Shown: positions 1 through 10,700 of the stretch, in pieces
How the letters are laid out: every line of letters begins with the position of its first letter
How positions within the stretch are numbered: position 1 is the stretch's first letter
NCBI GenBank assembly: GCA_950097015.1
Contig: CATNEN010000001.1
Coordinates: 13,950,001-14,014,000 of the forward strand
Length of the DNA stretch: 64,000 bases
Origin: Macrostomum hystrix
Taxonomy: Eukaryota > Animalia > Platyhelminthes
Direction: 5' to 3'
The notes under the pieces: model-generated
The model's database searches: none
What the model was told of the DNA's origin: nothing
The model's input: the letters and a program-made list of their open reading frames with translations, nothing else
Program-made: the position numbers and the translations under genes

Positions 1-959
1 GAATTGTTGGGTGCCGTAGTTTCGGCTCTTACTGATGTTCAGGGTATTATTCCGGTTCCCGAGCGCCAGATGAGAAAGGCCGCTCGGGCTAAAATACCCC
101 GGGCCCAGCCAGGGGGGCGGCAGCCTAAGCCGCGGCTAACGCGACACAAAACAGAATACACGCACAAAAAGGGTGGGGTTGAGGCTCAAGGCCTCCCTCA
201 GCCAGGCCGGCGGAGGGGCGGGTGGCTCGCTCTGACCAAGCGGCTAGCCCACCCCACCTCCCCCGGCCCACGGCCCGCACAGCGCCTGGCCGATCAATAG
301 GTTCAGAAAAAGGCTCCGCATCATTACCGCCCAGCGGATCAAGCGTTTCTCGCCTCGGTGTGTTGAGAAAAGTAGCAATTTTGTCAAGGTTTTTTTCCTA
401 ACTTTGCATGAATTGCATATAATTATATGGAAAATTACAACCATTGTTGTGCATGATAATTGACACCCCGTTATCATGCTCTTAAAAATCTGAGCTAGAT
501 TACTTTGTATATCGACACTCTTGATTTTATGCACAAGTGTTCCTTCACTGTTTATTAGTTGTATGGATTTCAATCTGAGATTTCAGTTTCAGGCTTATGC
601 AAGAAAACTTCTCCAGTTTGTCGTGACACAATTGTAGTTTCTCGATACTTTACCCTGTATTCTAATGAGCTTGTGTATTTAATTTTCACCTACGTTGTAC
701 AAGGGCGCGAAAGCTGAATCTGAGATCAAGGTGTGGAAATGTTGTGTCAGTGCGGAAAAATTCTCGGTATTTTACATCATAAAACATGGTGGAGCTGAAT
801 GTCATGATTTGTTCATGAAATTTCACTCACTAAAGCAGTAGGGTAGTAGCTAAGCTGTTTTGTTTTTATATTCACTCACAACGTACGTAGATTATCACTT
901 ACCCTTATGGGATTGGAAAAACTAGCCCCTCCTAAACCCACCCATTTTTGCGGATTAGC

Positions 960-1345
960 GTTACTGGCCTCGATTGTGCAAAAATTCACTCGACTGTACA
1001 GGCTGGCAATTCAATGTTTGCTGTTGATTTGTTCAGACTTGAGTTGATAAAAAAATTCTTCGATTTCTTTGAACAAAAAATGGAAGTCAAGCAAATTCTC
1101 AAGCAAAGCAAACGATGCAGGCAGGGGCACTGGTGTGTACTGGCGCCGCAGGCTGGGCGCTGACGTTGCAGGCAAAGCACTGAAGTTGTAGGCTGACCAC
1201 TGACGTCGCAGGCAGAGCACCGACGTCACCAGCAGAGCACCGACGTCGCAGCCAGGGCGCTGATATCGCCAGGCTTTGGCGCTGCGACGATACCCATCGC
1301 CTTAATTGTACCTGCCGACAGAGGCGGCCCATGTCCCCCTCCCAG
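960..1345 (-). mobile_element. Probable polypurine tract and 3' LTR remnant of the gypsy element
   Basis: Downstream of the integrase the minus strand reads GGGAGGGGGA(CA)TG at ~1343-1330. It is followed by a segment with ~20-bp degenerate direct repeats (1130-1290). The LTR end is not defined. Confidence 0.4.
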
Positions 1346-1749
1346 AATGCCAGGTTAAGTACAAACAAAAAACATACGGCACAAATAAGCCCTACACCAA
1401 AACGAACATACAGTAAAGTACGAGGTAAAAAATACGCAGCTAGTAAGGCTTGGGGCCCCTTCGACCACTTACACCGAACAGTTTGACGCAAATGAAAATC
1501 CGGTGATTCCACCAAGCCTGCTGCTGGATGCCGCTTGCTCGCGTCACTGGCGTCAGTACAGCACAGGCTGGCCATAGCGCTCAGGCTTTCGGCTTGTCCT
1601 GCCGGACCTTCGCGGCTCGAACTCTACCTCCACTTGCTCCTGCTGCTCCCGCGGCTGCTCGCCTTACGCATCTGGGTTAGGCCTCGCTGGGTCTTGCGAC
1701 TGGTGTCCAGGATGCCAGTCTTCCTCAAGTTCTTCCTCATCTGATCTTG

Positions 1750-2520
1750 CTCGAGATCTTCAGCTTCGGGCTCGACGTCGTCCGGCTCGGTTTCCGGCAC
1801 TTCCTACTCCTGTGCCTGGCACTTCCGGAGGTTGTTGAAGTGGACGACTTTCATTTTTCTCCGGTTTGACGCATTCTCCACATTCAACAGAACCTCGGAG
1901 ATTTTGGAGAGAACTTACACTGGACCACGCCAACTGATGTGGAACTTCGCTGCTTCGTCGGGCTTCAGTGCGGGGCTGTAGATAAAGACGCGGTCGCCCT
2001 CCTTGATGTCGGAACCACGAGTTCTTTTATCGTAGTGGTCCTTCTGCCGCCTTTGATACGTGTTTAGCTGCACCCGAGCGGCGCCATGAGCAGTCTGCAA
2101 TTTGATTTCCAGCTCTTGGACGAATTGCACATGTGAGCTCACGCGCTGTGCCGGCTGGTCAGACAGATCGATAAGGCAGGCGCATCTCAGAACCATAGAC
2201 CATGTAATGGGGCGTGTAGCCTGTGGCTTTGTGGACGCTCGATCGGTACGCCATCAACGCTGAACTAACAAACTCTTCCCAGTTGTTCCGTCCGAAGTCT
2301 TTTAAGCAGCACTTAAGCATGGACTTCAAGCTCTTGTTGAAGTTTTTCGACCTGTCAATTTCCGCTTGGATGGCAGGCTGTAGTCCGCGACTTCCTGATC
2401 TCGAGCATCCGGCATGTTTCGCGCACGATTTGCGACTCGAAGTTTCTTTCTTGGCCACTGTGCAGCGTATTCGGTCAACCATGCTGACTAATCCATCTGT
2501 CGAACAGGACATTTGCCACC
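1750..2520 (-). pseudogene. Decayed Ty3/gypsy LTR-retrotransposon integrase (core end plus GPY/F region)
   Basis: Minus-strand frames read ..WISQHG*PNTLHSGQERNFESQIVRETCRMLEIRKSRTTACHPSGN*QVE.., then NKSLKSML..WEEFVSSALMAYRSSVHKATGYTPHYMVYGSEMRLP, RRQKDHYDKR..GDRVFIY..KFHISWRGPV*..VVHFNNLRK. These are typical gypsy integrase motifs broken by stops and frameshifts. Confidence 0.9.
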
Positions 2521-3081
2521 GTCGTCACTTTCTGGCTTGCTCGCAAGCCAGAGAATAAACTATTCCGTGTTAAATTTTCCTATGATCTCACAGTTATGAG
2601 AGTAGTAATGCAGGTTCATAAAGAGGAAAACTAATCTCAGTTTTGATTGGTTATTTAAGGGAAAGAGAACGAATATTTTGTACAGACTCGTTGCTGGAGG
2701 ACATCAATGGTGAATTTCAACGGTGAAGAGTTTGTATTGACGTTGATCATTGAGAGAACGCGAGAGAAAAATTACAATTGCTTAATGATTTCTGCAAAGT
2801 TATAGTAACTATCATAGTCCTTTATAATTACTCCATACTTGTGATACCAGTGTCTTTGGAGAGCTTGATTAATATTATGAACATTGATATCGACGTCGGG
2901 CCAATATTTCCTCATGTACTCGCTGCATTCTAGTTTGCATCGGTACTTACTCTTGTAATTAGGCACGTGCACTTTGTGCTATACTATACTCACAGAATAC
3001 AACTCACAAACTGATCTGGAAGAATAAAAGTAGAGAATTTAGTATACAGAGACAGATTTTTGGAGAGGCAGAGAAGAATTA

Positions 3082-3170
3082 AAGCTTGATGAAAATCTCA
3101 CACTAGATTATAATCTAATCTTAAAAAATTAATCCTAGATTACAAACAAAGCTTTAAAATCTCACCCCAC
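3082..3170. repeat. Dispersed degenerate monomers of the 32-bp satellite arrayed at 10250-11735
   Basis: aagcttgatgaaaatctcacactagattataatctaa matches the array unit. Confidence 0.75.
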
Positions 3171-4999
3171 ATAAGAATTGCCACCCCACATCGCTATTTG
3201 ATGCACACTATCCATTTGTCTGAATCTGCTCAGGAATCTTCCGAGAAATCGCTATTCAATCCACAATCAATCAATCGAAATCTACTTAGAAGTCTTCTAA
3301 AAAATCATATTGTTGCAGGGCTATTCTATAATATTTAACATCCCACGGATGCCACCAAAGTTGTACTAGGGCGGATCTCACTACTGTTGTTTGTCTCAAT
3401 TTAATAGATATTTAGACTGGCGGTCCTTAAATGGGCCGTTTTAACTCCTCAATATGGTAGCGTATGTATTGCACGAGCGGTAAGTAGGCAACTGTATGCG
3501 TTTCCAGTCAATTAGGCGTCCCCGAGATTAGAGTTTAGCAGTTTCCCTTTTGTAATATTCTTGGTATAAATCTGAGTATAATTCTTAGTATGGTTCTTAG
3601 TATACTTCTGAGTATATTCCTCAATGTTCTCCTCTCCTAAAATGAATAACACAATACACCTCTTTTCAAGGCACTCTTTTTATATCTTGGATAAACACTT
3701 TCAAACAACGACTTTCAGGGACTTTCAAGTTTACTCACAAAGTTTTTCAAGCTTTAACAACAACTTCAAGGTTAACTACAAGGTTATTTTTCTGTCTGAA
3801 AGTTGCGGCTTTTTATACACACAGGATTTCGCATTTGTTAAAATGGCGGATTTTAGCAAAATAATATTTACACGGTGGTTATTAAAACAAAGCATTTTAT
3901 ACAGTAATTATTTTTAATACGGTAAAAAGCAAAACAAAATTGTTATTTTCAACTTTAAGATTTTTATACTTATTTTTAGTTTTGAGTCTTTTTATAAAAC
4001 GTTTACAACAAAAACATGAAACATATTTACACTAAAACTGATAATGTTTTTACACCGTTACAATATTTATTTATTATTTCATTTGCCATGTTCTACCTGT
4101 TAGGAATCTGTTAGAATATCTGGTGTACATCGCTTGAAGGGACAGAAGATTCTTTATTTGCGCTATTGCGATGAGCAATGGGCTTACATTTTTAATACTG
4201 ATAGTGTTGTACCTGTGGTAGCGTCGTACACACAATCGGTAAAATAACCAAGACAGGGATCGCTAAGACTCAGAGGGGGTTTACCGGCCTCAACACTGAT
4301 GCTTCGTAGCAGTGGAGCAACCGGGTAGTCAGGCTTGGATATCAAAGTTTTCCCACAATGGTCAAGTCAGAGATCAGGAATTTCTAAGTGTCTAGATTTT
4401 CCGGGACTTAAAAACAAATTGCGAGTCTTTTAGTTTTGGAACTTTAACTCAAACTCAATCCAAAAGGCTAGCCTTAGCCTACGCTCGTGGGTGCTCGACT
4501 AGGGTACTTGTGGTGAGCTACCACGATGCAAACACCATTCCGTGTATTCGTCGGACTGTCTTCAACTTATTGAAGGAGCATTTGAGCGATGTTCTGCCAG
4601 TCTTCTTCCGAAGCGAAGCGATAGCACCATGGCGTGCAATGTGAGTCAGTGCGCAGACAGCTGGAGCGAGAGAGAGAAAGAGAAGGGGTGGCGAGTTGAA
4701 ATGAGTGTGCCCGGGTAACCGCGATTTCCCTACTCCCAAGCTCTCCCACAGTACCAAGACTGCTCTGAAAACTATTTTGGAATTGTCATGTGTGAAATGT
4801 CACGAATAGAAGAAAATATGAAGTAACACCATGGAGGAAAGAATAGAATGGAGTGCCAATCTGAGCCGCTTATTTTTGTTTCGCTCGATCTTCCCTTTTA
4901 ACATCCCGTTCCCCCCGTTCCTTCCTATTGGCTCGTGACTGCCATAGACGAACTCGTTTTCGTCCCCCTCTGAAAGTACTATCATGGACTATATGACAA

Positions 5000-5999
5000 C
5001 ACCATTTTACCCTCAATTTTGAACAACAGTAACTTCTATAGTAACAAACTCCACATCAATTTCGACAGTGTATCGCTTTGAGGGAAAAAACTACATTCTA
5101 TTTTGACAGCGTCAACTTCAATTTTGACAAATAATATTTTTAACCCCTGCTGTGCAAACCCCTGCCTGCCGGATCGAACAATGGCGTATGCAGTGGTCCT
5201 CTTTATCCCCAATTGTATCGCAAGGCGTACGAAGTCCTCTCCGTTCTCATGGGCTGTAATGAGACGCTGTCTGTCCCGAACAGAAATCCGGCTGCATCCC
5301 GCTGGCTGCTGTTGTTCGTCGATTGTTTCGTTGGTTTCCTCAGTCCTTTCTTCCAGCATTGAATCCACGTCTTCGTCGATCATTTAAAGTTTTGTAAATT
5401 ATGGAGTATGGAAAGCAGACGCAGTGGAAGCGAGTGGGGTGCTTGACTGAACTGAAGTGACGGAGAAAAATTGCTTACATAAACATATATGAGGTCTGGA
5501 GATTTCGTCAAAATGTCAAATTGAGATGTCAAAATTGAATGTAGTTTGACTATACTGAAGTGGAGTTGACAAAATTGAAGCAGAGATTCCGTAGAATTTA
5601 CCATAGAGTCACTTTCGAAGCGGCGAGTGTTAAATTTGAAAAGGATTTTTAAGATATCGGGATAGGCAGACTTAAGCTTGTTGCATTGAACTAACAGAAA
5701 AAAGTATCAGACTGGATAGGTGATTTTAAACTAAAGAAACATGTAAAGAACTTTCTGATCTCTCACATATGTCATAATACCTGGTCATTGCTCACGTGGC
5801 ATGGTTTTTTTTCAAGATTTTGCACAGCAGGGGTTAAAAATCTTATTTGTCAAAATTGAATGAGACTTTGTCAAAATTGAAGTTGACGCTGTCAAAATAG
5901 AATGTCGTTTTTTTCCCTCAAAGCGATACACTGTCGAAATTGATGTGGAGTTTGTTACTATAGAAGTTACTGTTGTTCAAAATTGAGGGTAAAATGGTG
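5000..5999 (-). mobile_element. Nested, internally deleted Tc1/IS630-like element with an N-terminal transposase HTH fragment
   Basis: TIRs of ~160-180 bp (5000-5158 vs 5818-5999, CACCATTTTACCCTC..), with TA on the right flank only. ORF 5383->~5150 RISVRDRQRLITAHENGEDFVRLAIQLGIKRTTAYAIVRSGR resembles Tc1/IS630 HTH domains and runs into the TIR with no DDE domain. Confidence 0.65.
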
Positions 6000-6135
6000 T
6001 ACGCAGGATATAACTTTCAGAGGGGGGCGAAAACGAGTTCGTCTATGGCAGTCACGAGCTAATAGAAAGGAACGGGGGGAACGGGATGTTAAAAGTGAAG
6101 ATCGAGCGAAACAAAAATAACCAGCTCAGATTGGC

Positions 6136-6178
6136 CAAGGACTTCTATATAATAGATGCTATTATATAGAAGTCCTTG
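6136..6178. mobile_element. 43-bp perfect hairpin insertion (20-bp arms, 3-nt loop) with a 7-bp TSD
   Basis: CAAGGACTTCTATATAATAG-atg-CTATTATATAGAAGTCCTTG is flanked by GATTGGC on both sides. It is absent from the mirror TIR at ~4855. Confidence 0.9.
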
Positions 6179-6325
6179 GATTGGCACTCCATTCTATTCT
6201 TTCCTCCATGAGTAACACACGCTAATTTTGTCAGTCATTGCCATAGACAATAGCAACTGAATCAGCTCTTAAGCATTCAGACCCAGTGTGAGTTAAGCAG
6301 CCCAGTCGAGACAAACACATTAGTC

Positions 6326-6361
6326 CACAGATTCTATATTACAGATAATATAGAATCTGTG
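6326..6361. mobile_element. 36-bp perfect hairpin insertion (16-bp arms, 4-nt loop) with an 8-bp TSD
   Basis: CACAGATTCTATATTA-caga-TAATATAGAATCTGTG is flanked by CATTAGTC on both sides (6318-6325, 6362-6369). Confidence 0.9.
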
Positions 6362-6375
6362 CATTAGTCTGTCCA

Positions 6376-7057
6376 ATGAGACGTCGCCGAGCGGGTCAGT
6401 GCAGAGTTCTGCTCAGCCAGGTTAAGGAGCCGGAGGACCCCCATGCTAAGTGTCAGGCTGCCGTGGACCTGATGGTCAGCCGGGTGAGTCGGGCCCTGGA
6501 GGAAATAAATCGCCGAGAAGAGGCCAGGGCCAGGGCTGCCAAGGAGGCTCAAGCTGAGGAGTTCCTGCTGAGAAACTACAGCCGGTTGAAGCACCTGGCC
6601 AAGTTCAACATAGCCAGACGTCAGACTCGGACAGTGCAAGATTTTAGCCAGAAGGTCGAGAAATCTGACGCAGCAGATCAGCCGCTGGACGAATGCCAGG
6701 TGAGACCGTTACTGATGGAACAATTCTCCATGATGTGCTAATATTTCTGACCATGGAAACCTCCAAAATGGATTTGAGGCTGCCATCGTGGATTTAGGAG
6801 CACTATCGATGATTTGCGGTTGAACATCAAGGATTTGGGAGCACTATCGATGATTTGATTTCGTGTTGAGCACCCAGGATTTGGGATTGGAATCGAGGAT
6901 TTAAGGTTTAAAGGAATGCTAGGAATGCATGTGACCCTATTTTACAGTGTTAAGGTCGTCAACCTCAATTTCAGATTAGACATAATAAACAGCAGCTACA
7001 ACAGCAGCAGCAGCAGCTACAAAAGCAGCAGCAGCAGCAGCTACAACAGCAGCAGCT

Positions 7058-7089
<32 letters not shown>

Positions 7090-7292
7090 TACAGCAGCAG
7101 CAGCAGCTACAGCAGCAGCAGCAGCAGCTACAACAGCAGCAGCTACAAAAGCAACAGCAGCAAGCTACGCGGGTTTGGCGTCGCGGGAAGTATTCGCGTC
7201 AGCCCACAGCCGCTCAAGTTGATGAGGCTATCAAGCAGTCAGCCGACGAAGAGAAGACCTTGACAAAGAAGCTATTGTTTGACAGCTACTGA
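6376..7292 (+). CDS. Two-exon uncharacterised coiled-coil/polyglutamine protein
   Basis: Exon 6376-6699 (..DECQ|gtgaga) splices in phase 0 to 6975-7292 (tttcag|IRHNKQQLQQQ...KKLLFDSY*). The CAG tract reads as polyQ in the spliced frame. No family recognised. Confidence 0.6.
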
Positions 7293-7756
7293 TGCTTTTG
7301 TGGCAGTTGCGGCGTTGTTGGGTCGAAATATTGTTTAATTTGACTTTTCCAAATTTTAATTCGCCACATTTTTTTCGTGTAAGCACGAGCGTAGGTTTTC
7401 ATTATTTTCGGGTAAATAGATTTTTTATAACACGAACCGAATATTCTTACGAAAGTATTTAGCTCTAGATGGCATAATAAATTTACTAGCTGTTTGGTTC
7501 TCTTCACAACTTCATTTCCAACTGAAATAACCCTTAATTGCTGTTCAAATTGGGATAAAAAACAGACTTTGAATAAACGCGAGCTACTCTACTAAGCTTT
7601 AGTTATTCAGATAGAAGAAACATTAGCAAATGAAACAAGGACTCTAGATTGTTTTTATTTACAATAGTCAATAAGATAGCGCATGGAATAAGTCACTGAA
7701 CACATTATAATTTAGGGCTGAACTGCTCCTTCGGAGGGGATTTTAGTGGCCGTTAT

Positions 7757-10700
7757 TCACAACGCCGCACTTTGACTATCGGCGGCCTCAGAGGCGGCCC
7801 AAGCTGCCAGCCACTGGGCATACCTGGCCGAGTCGCTGGTTGGCCAATAAGAGCCTGCCCAATCGTCCCAGAACAGGTAGCAACAATCTGTGGCATTGTA
7901 GAATAGTCTACTAGTGGCGCAGTAGTACAACCCGGTGGCTGCGTCGTAGTGAAGGCCGGAGCTGGGCTCGTACTGCAGCCGGGACATGTCCGGCGCTATC
8001 GGAGGCACCGGCAGCTGGGGCTTAGTAGCGCGGCTAGAACTGTCGCAATAGTCTCTGAGCCAGTCGGAACTGTCCATGAAATCGCAGGGGTTCGAGCATC
8101 GATGAATTCTGAGCAGCTGCGAAGGTTCTTCAACGAAGCCAGCAGCTACGGATAGAAGGACGGCGCCTCCGAGGTGACGACAGCTGAGGCATTCCGGGAT
8201 TTAGGATGAGTTTATGTTTCAGGATTGCTAGTCTATTTACTAGAATGGATTGCTAGTCTATGCACTAGAATGGATTGCTAGTCTATGCACTAGAATGGAT
8301 TGCTAGTCTATGCACTAGAATGGATTGCTAGTCTATGCACTAGAATGGATCGCTAGTCTATGCACTAGAATGGATTGCTAGTCTATGCACTAGAATGGAT
8401 TGCTAGTCTATGTACTAGAATGGATTGCTAGTCTATGCACTAGAATGGATTGCTAGTCTATTTACTAGAATGGATTGCTAGTCTATGCACTAGAATGGAT
8501 TGCTAGTCTATTTACTAGAATGGATTGCTAGTCTATGCACTAGAATGGATTGCTAGTCTATGTACTAGAATGGATTGCTAGTCTATTTACTAGAATGGAT
8601 TGCTAGTCTATGCACTAGAATGGATTGCTAGTCTATTTACTAGAATGGATTGCTAGTCTATGCACTAGAATGGATTGCTAGTCTATGCACTAGAATGGAT
8701 TGCTAGTCTATGCACTAGAATGGATTGCTAGTCTATGCACTAGAATGGATCGCTAGTCTATGCACTAGAATGGATTGCTAGTCTATGCACTAGAATGGAT
8801 TGCTAGTCTATGTACTAGAATGGATTGCTAGTCTATTTACTAGAATGGATTGCTAGTCTATTTACTAGAATGGATTGCTAGTCTATGCACTAGAATGGAT
8901 TGCTAGTCTATTTACTAGAATGGATTGCTAGTCTATGCACTAGAATGGATTGCTAGTCTATGTACTAGAATGGATTGCTAGTCTATGTACTAGAATGGAT
9001 TGCTAGTCTATGCACTAGAATGGATTGCTAGTCTATTTACTAGAATGGATTGCTAGTCTATGCACTAGAATGGATTGCTAGTCTATGCACTAGAATGGAT
9101 TGCTAGTCTATGCACTAGAATGGATTGCTAGTCTATGTACTAGAATGGATTGCTAGTCTATTTACTAGAATGGATTGCTAGTCTATGCACTAGAATGGAT
9201 TGCTAGTCTATGCACTAGAATGGATTGCTAGTCTATGCACTAGAATGGGTTGCTAGTCTATGCACTAGAATGAATTGCTAGTCTATGCACTAGAATGGAT
9301 TGCTAGTCTATGCACTAGAATGGGTTGCTAGTCTATGCACTAGAATGGATTGCTAGTCTATGCACTAGAATGGATTGCTAGTCTATTTACTAGAATGGAT
9401 TGCTAGTCTATGCACTAGAATGGATTGCTAGTCTATGCACTAGAATGAATTGCTAGTCTATGCACTAGAATGGATTGCTAGTCTATGCACTAGAATGGGT
9501 TGCTAGTCTATGCACTAGAATGGATTGCTAGTCTATGCACTAGAATGGGTTGCTAGTCTATTTACTAGAATGGATTGCTAGTCTATGCACTAGAATGGAT
9601 TGCTAGTCTATGCACTAGAATGGATTGCTAGTCTATGCACTAGAATGGATTGCTAGTCTATGCACTAGAATGGGTTGCTAGTCTATGTACTACAAAGAAA
9701 TTCTCACACGTGGTGGTTGTCCGGATCCACAGCAGGATCCAGGTGCTGACGCATCTGCCTAACCAGGTGCTCGTACTGTGGCTCCGCTTTCTCCTGTCGC
9801 GCCATGGCCTCGGCAACACTCTGAGCAGCTTCGGGAGACCAGACCTTGCCCAGACCGCAGGCGAAGCCAGCTCTGCTAGCCAAGTGAAAGTGCGAGCTGG
9901 CCAGCACTGTCACAGATAACAGCTGATCACTATCTAGAATTCGCTTTATAGACTTTGTGACAGAGTTCAATGCAGCCGACTTTAGCAGGCTCTGCTGGCC
10001 GAACAGGCACACAATGAGGCGAGCATTTTGATTGGTTGACGCTTTTAACAGCGAGGGTAAACTGGCTAGGAGACCAGCTGCTGGCAGGCTGATTGGCTGC
10101 GCTGCCACCAGAAGCCGAAGCGGCTGCGAGCCTTCTGAACTGGCTGCGATTGGTTGAGCTACGACAGCTGTTTCTGATGGTGCACCGCTGCGAAAAACAA
10201 ATCGAAGCCTTTAATCAGATTCTGGCAATACTACTAAACAGCTAAAAAGTAAGCTTGGAAATCTCACACTAGATTATAACCTAAGCTTGAACATCTCACC
10301 CTAGATTATAACCTAAGCATGGAAATCTCACCCTAGATTATAATCTAAGCTTGAAAATCTCACACTATATTGTGATCTAAGCTTGAACATCTCACCCTAG
10401 ATTATAACCTAAGCATGGAAATCTCACCCTAGATTATAATCTAAGCTTGAAAATCTCACACTATATTGTGATCTAAGCTTGAACATCTCACCCTAGATTA
10501 TAACCTAAGCATGGAAATCTCACCCTAGATTATAACCTAAGCTTGAAAATCTCACACTAGATTATAACCTAAGCTTGAAAATCTCACCCTAGATTATAAC
10601 CTAAGCTTGAAAATCTCACACTAGATTATAACCTAAGCTTGAAAATCTCACCCTAGATTATAACCTAAGCATGGAAATCTCACACTAGATTATAACCTAA

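Larger units (their letters stand above)
4830..6210. mobile_element. Non-autonomous TIR DNA transposon with P-superfamily-like ends and an 8-bp TSD
   Basis: Ends are CATGGAGGAAAGAATAGAATG...CATTCTATTCTTTCCTCCATG. Long imperfect TIRs: 4830-~4978 mirrored by ~6013-6210. The direct repeat AGTAACAC flanks both sides (4822-4829, 6211-6218). Confidence 0.85.

Noticed and set aside
4-573. Short ORFs at the window start
   Set aside because: No recognisable motifs or splice structure; probably repeat-derived or non-coding.
6916-7263. Poly-serine ORF
   Set aside because: Wrong frame of the CAG tract. The splice phase supports the polyQ frame.
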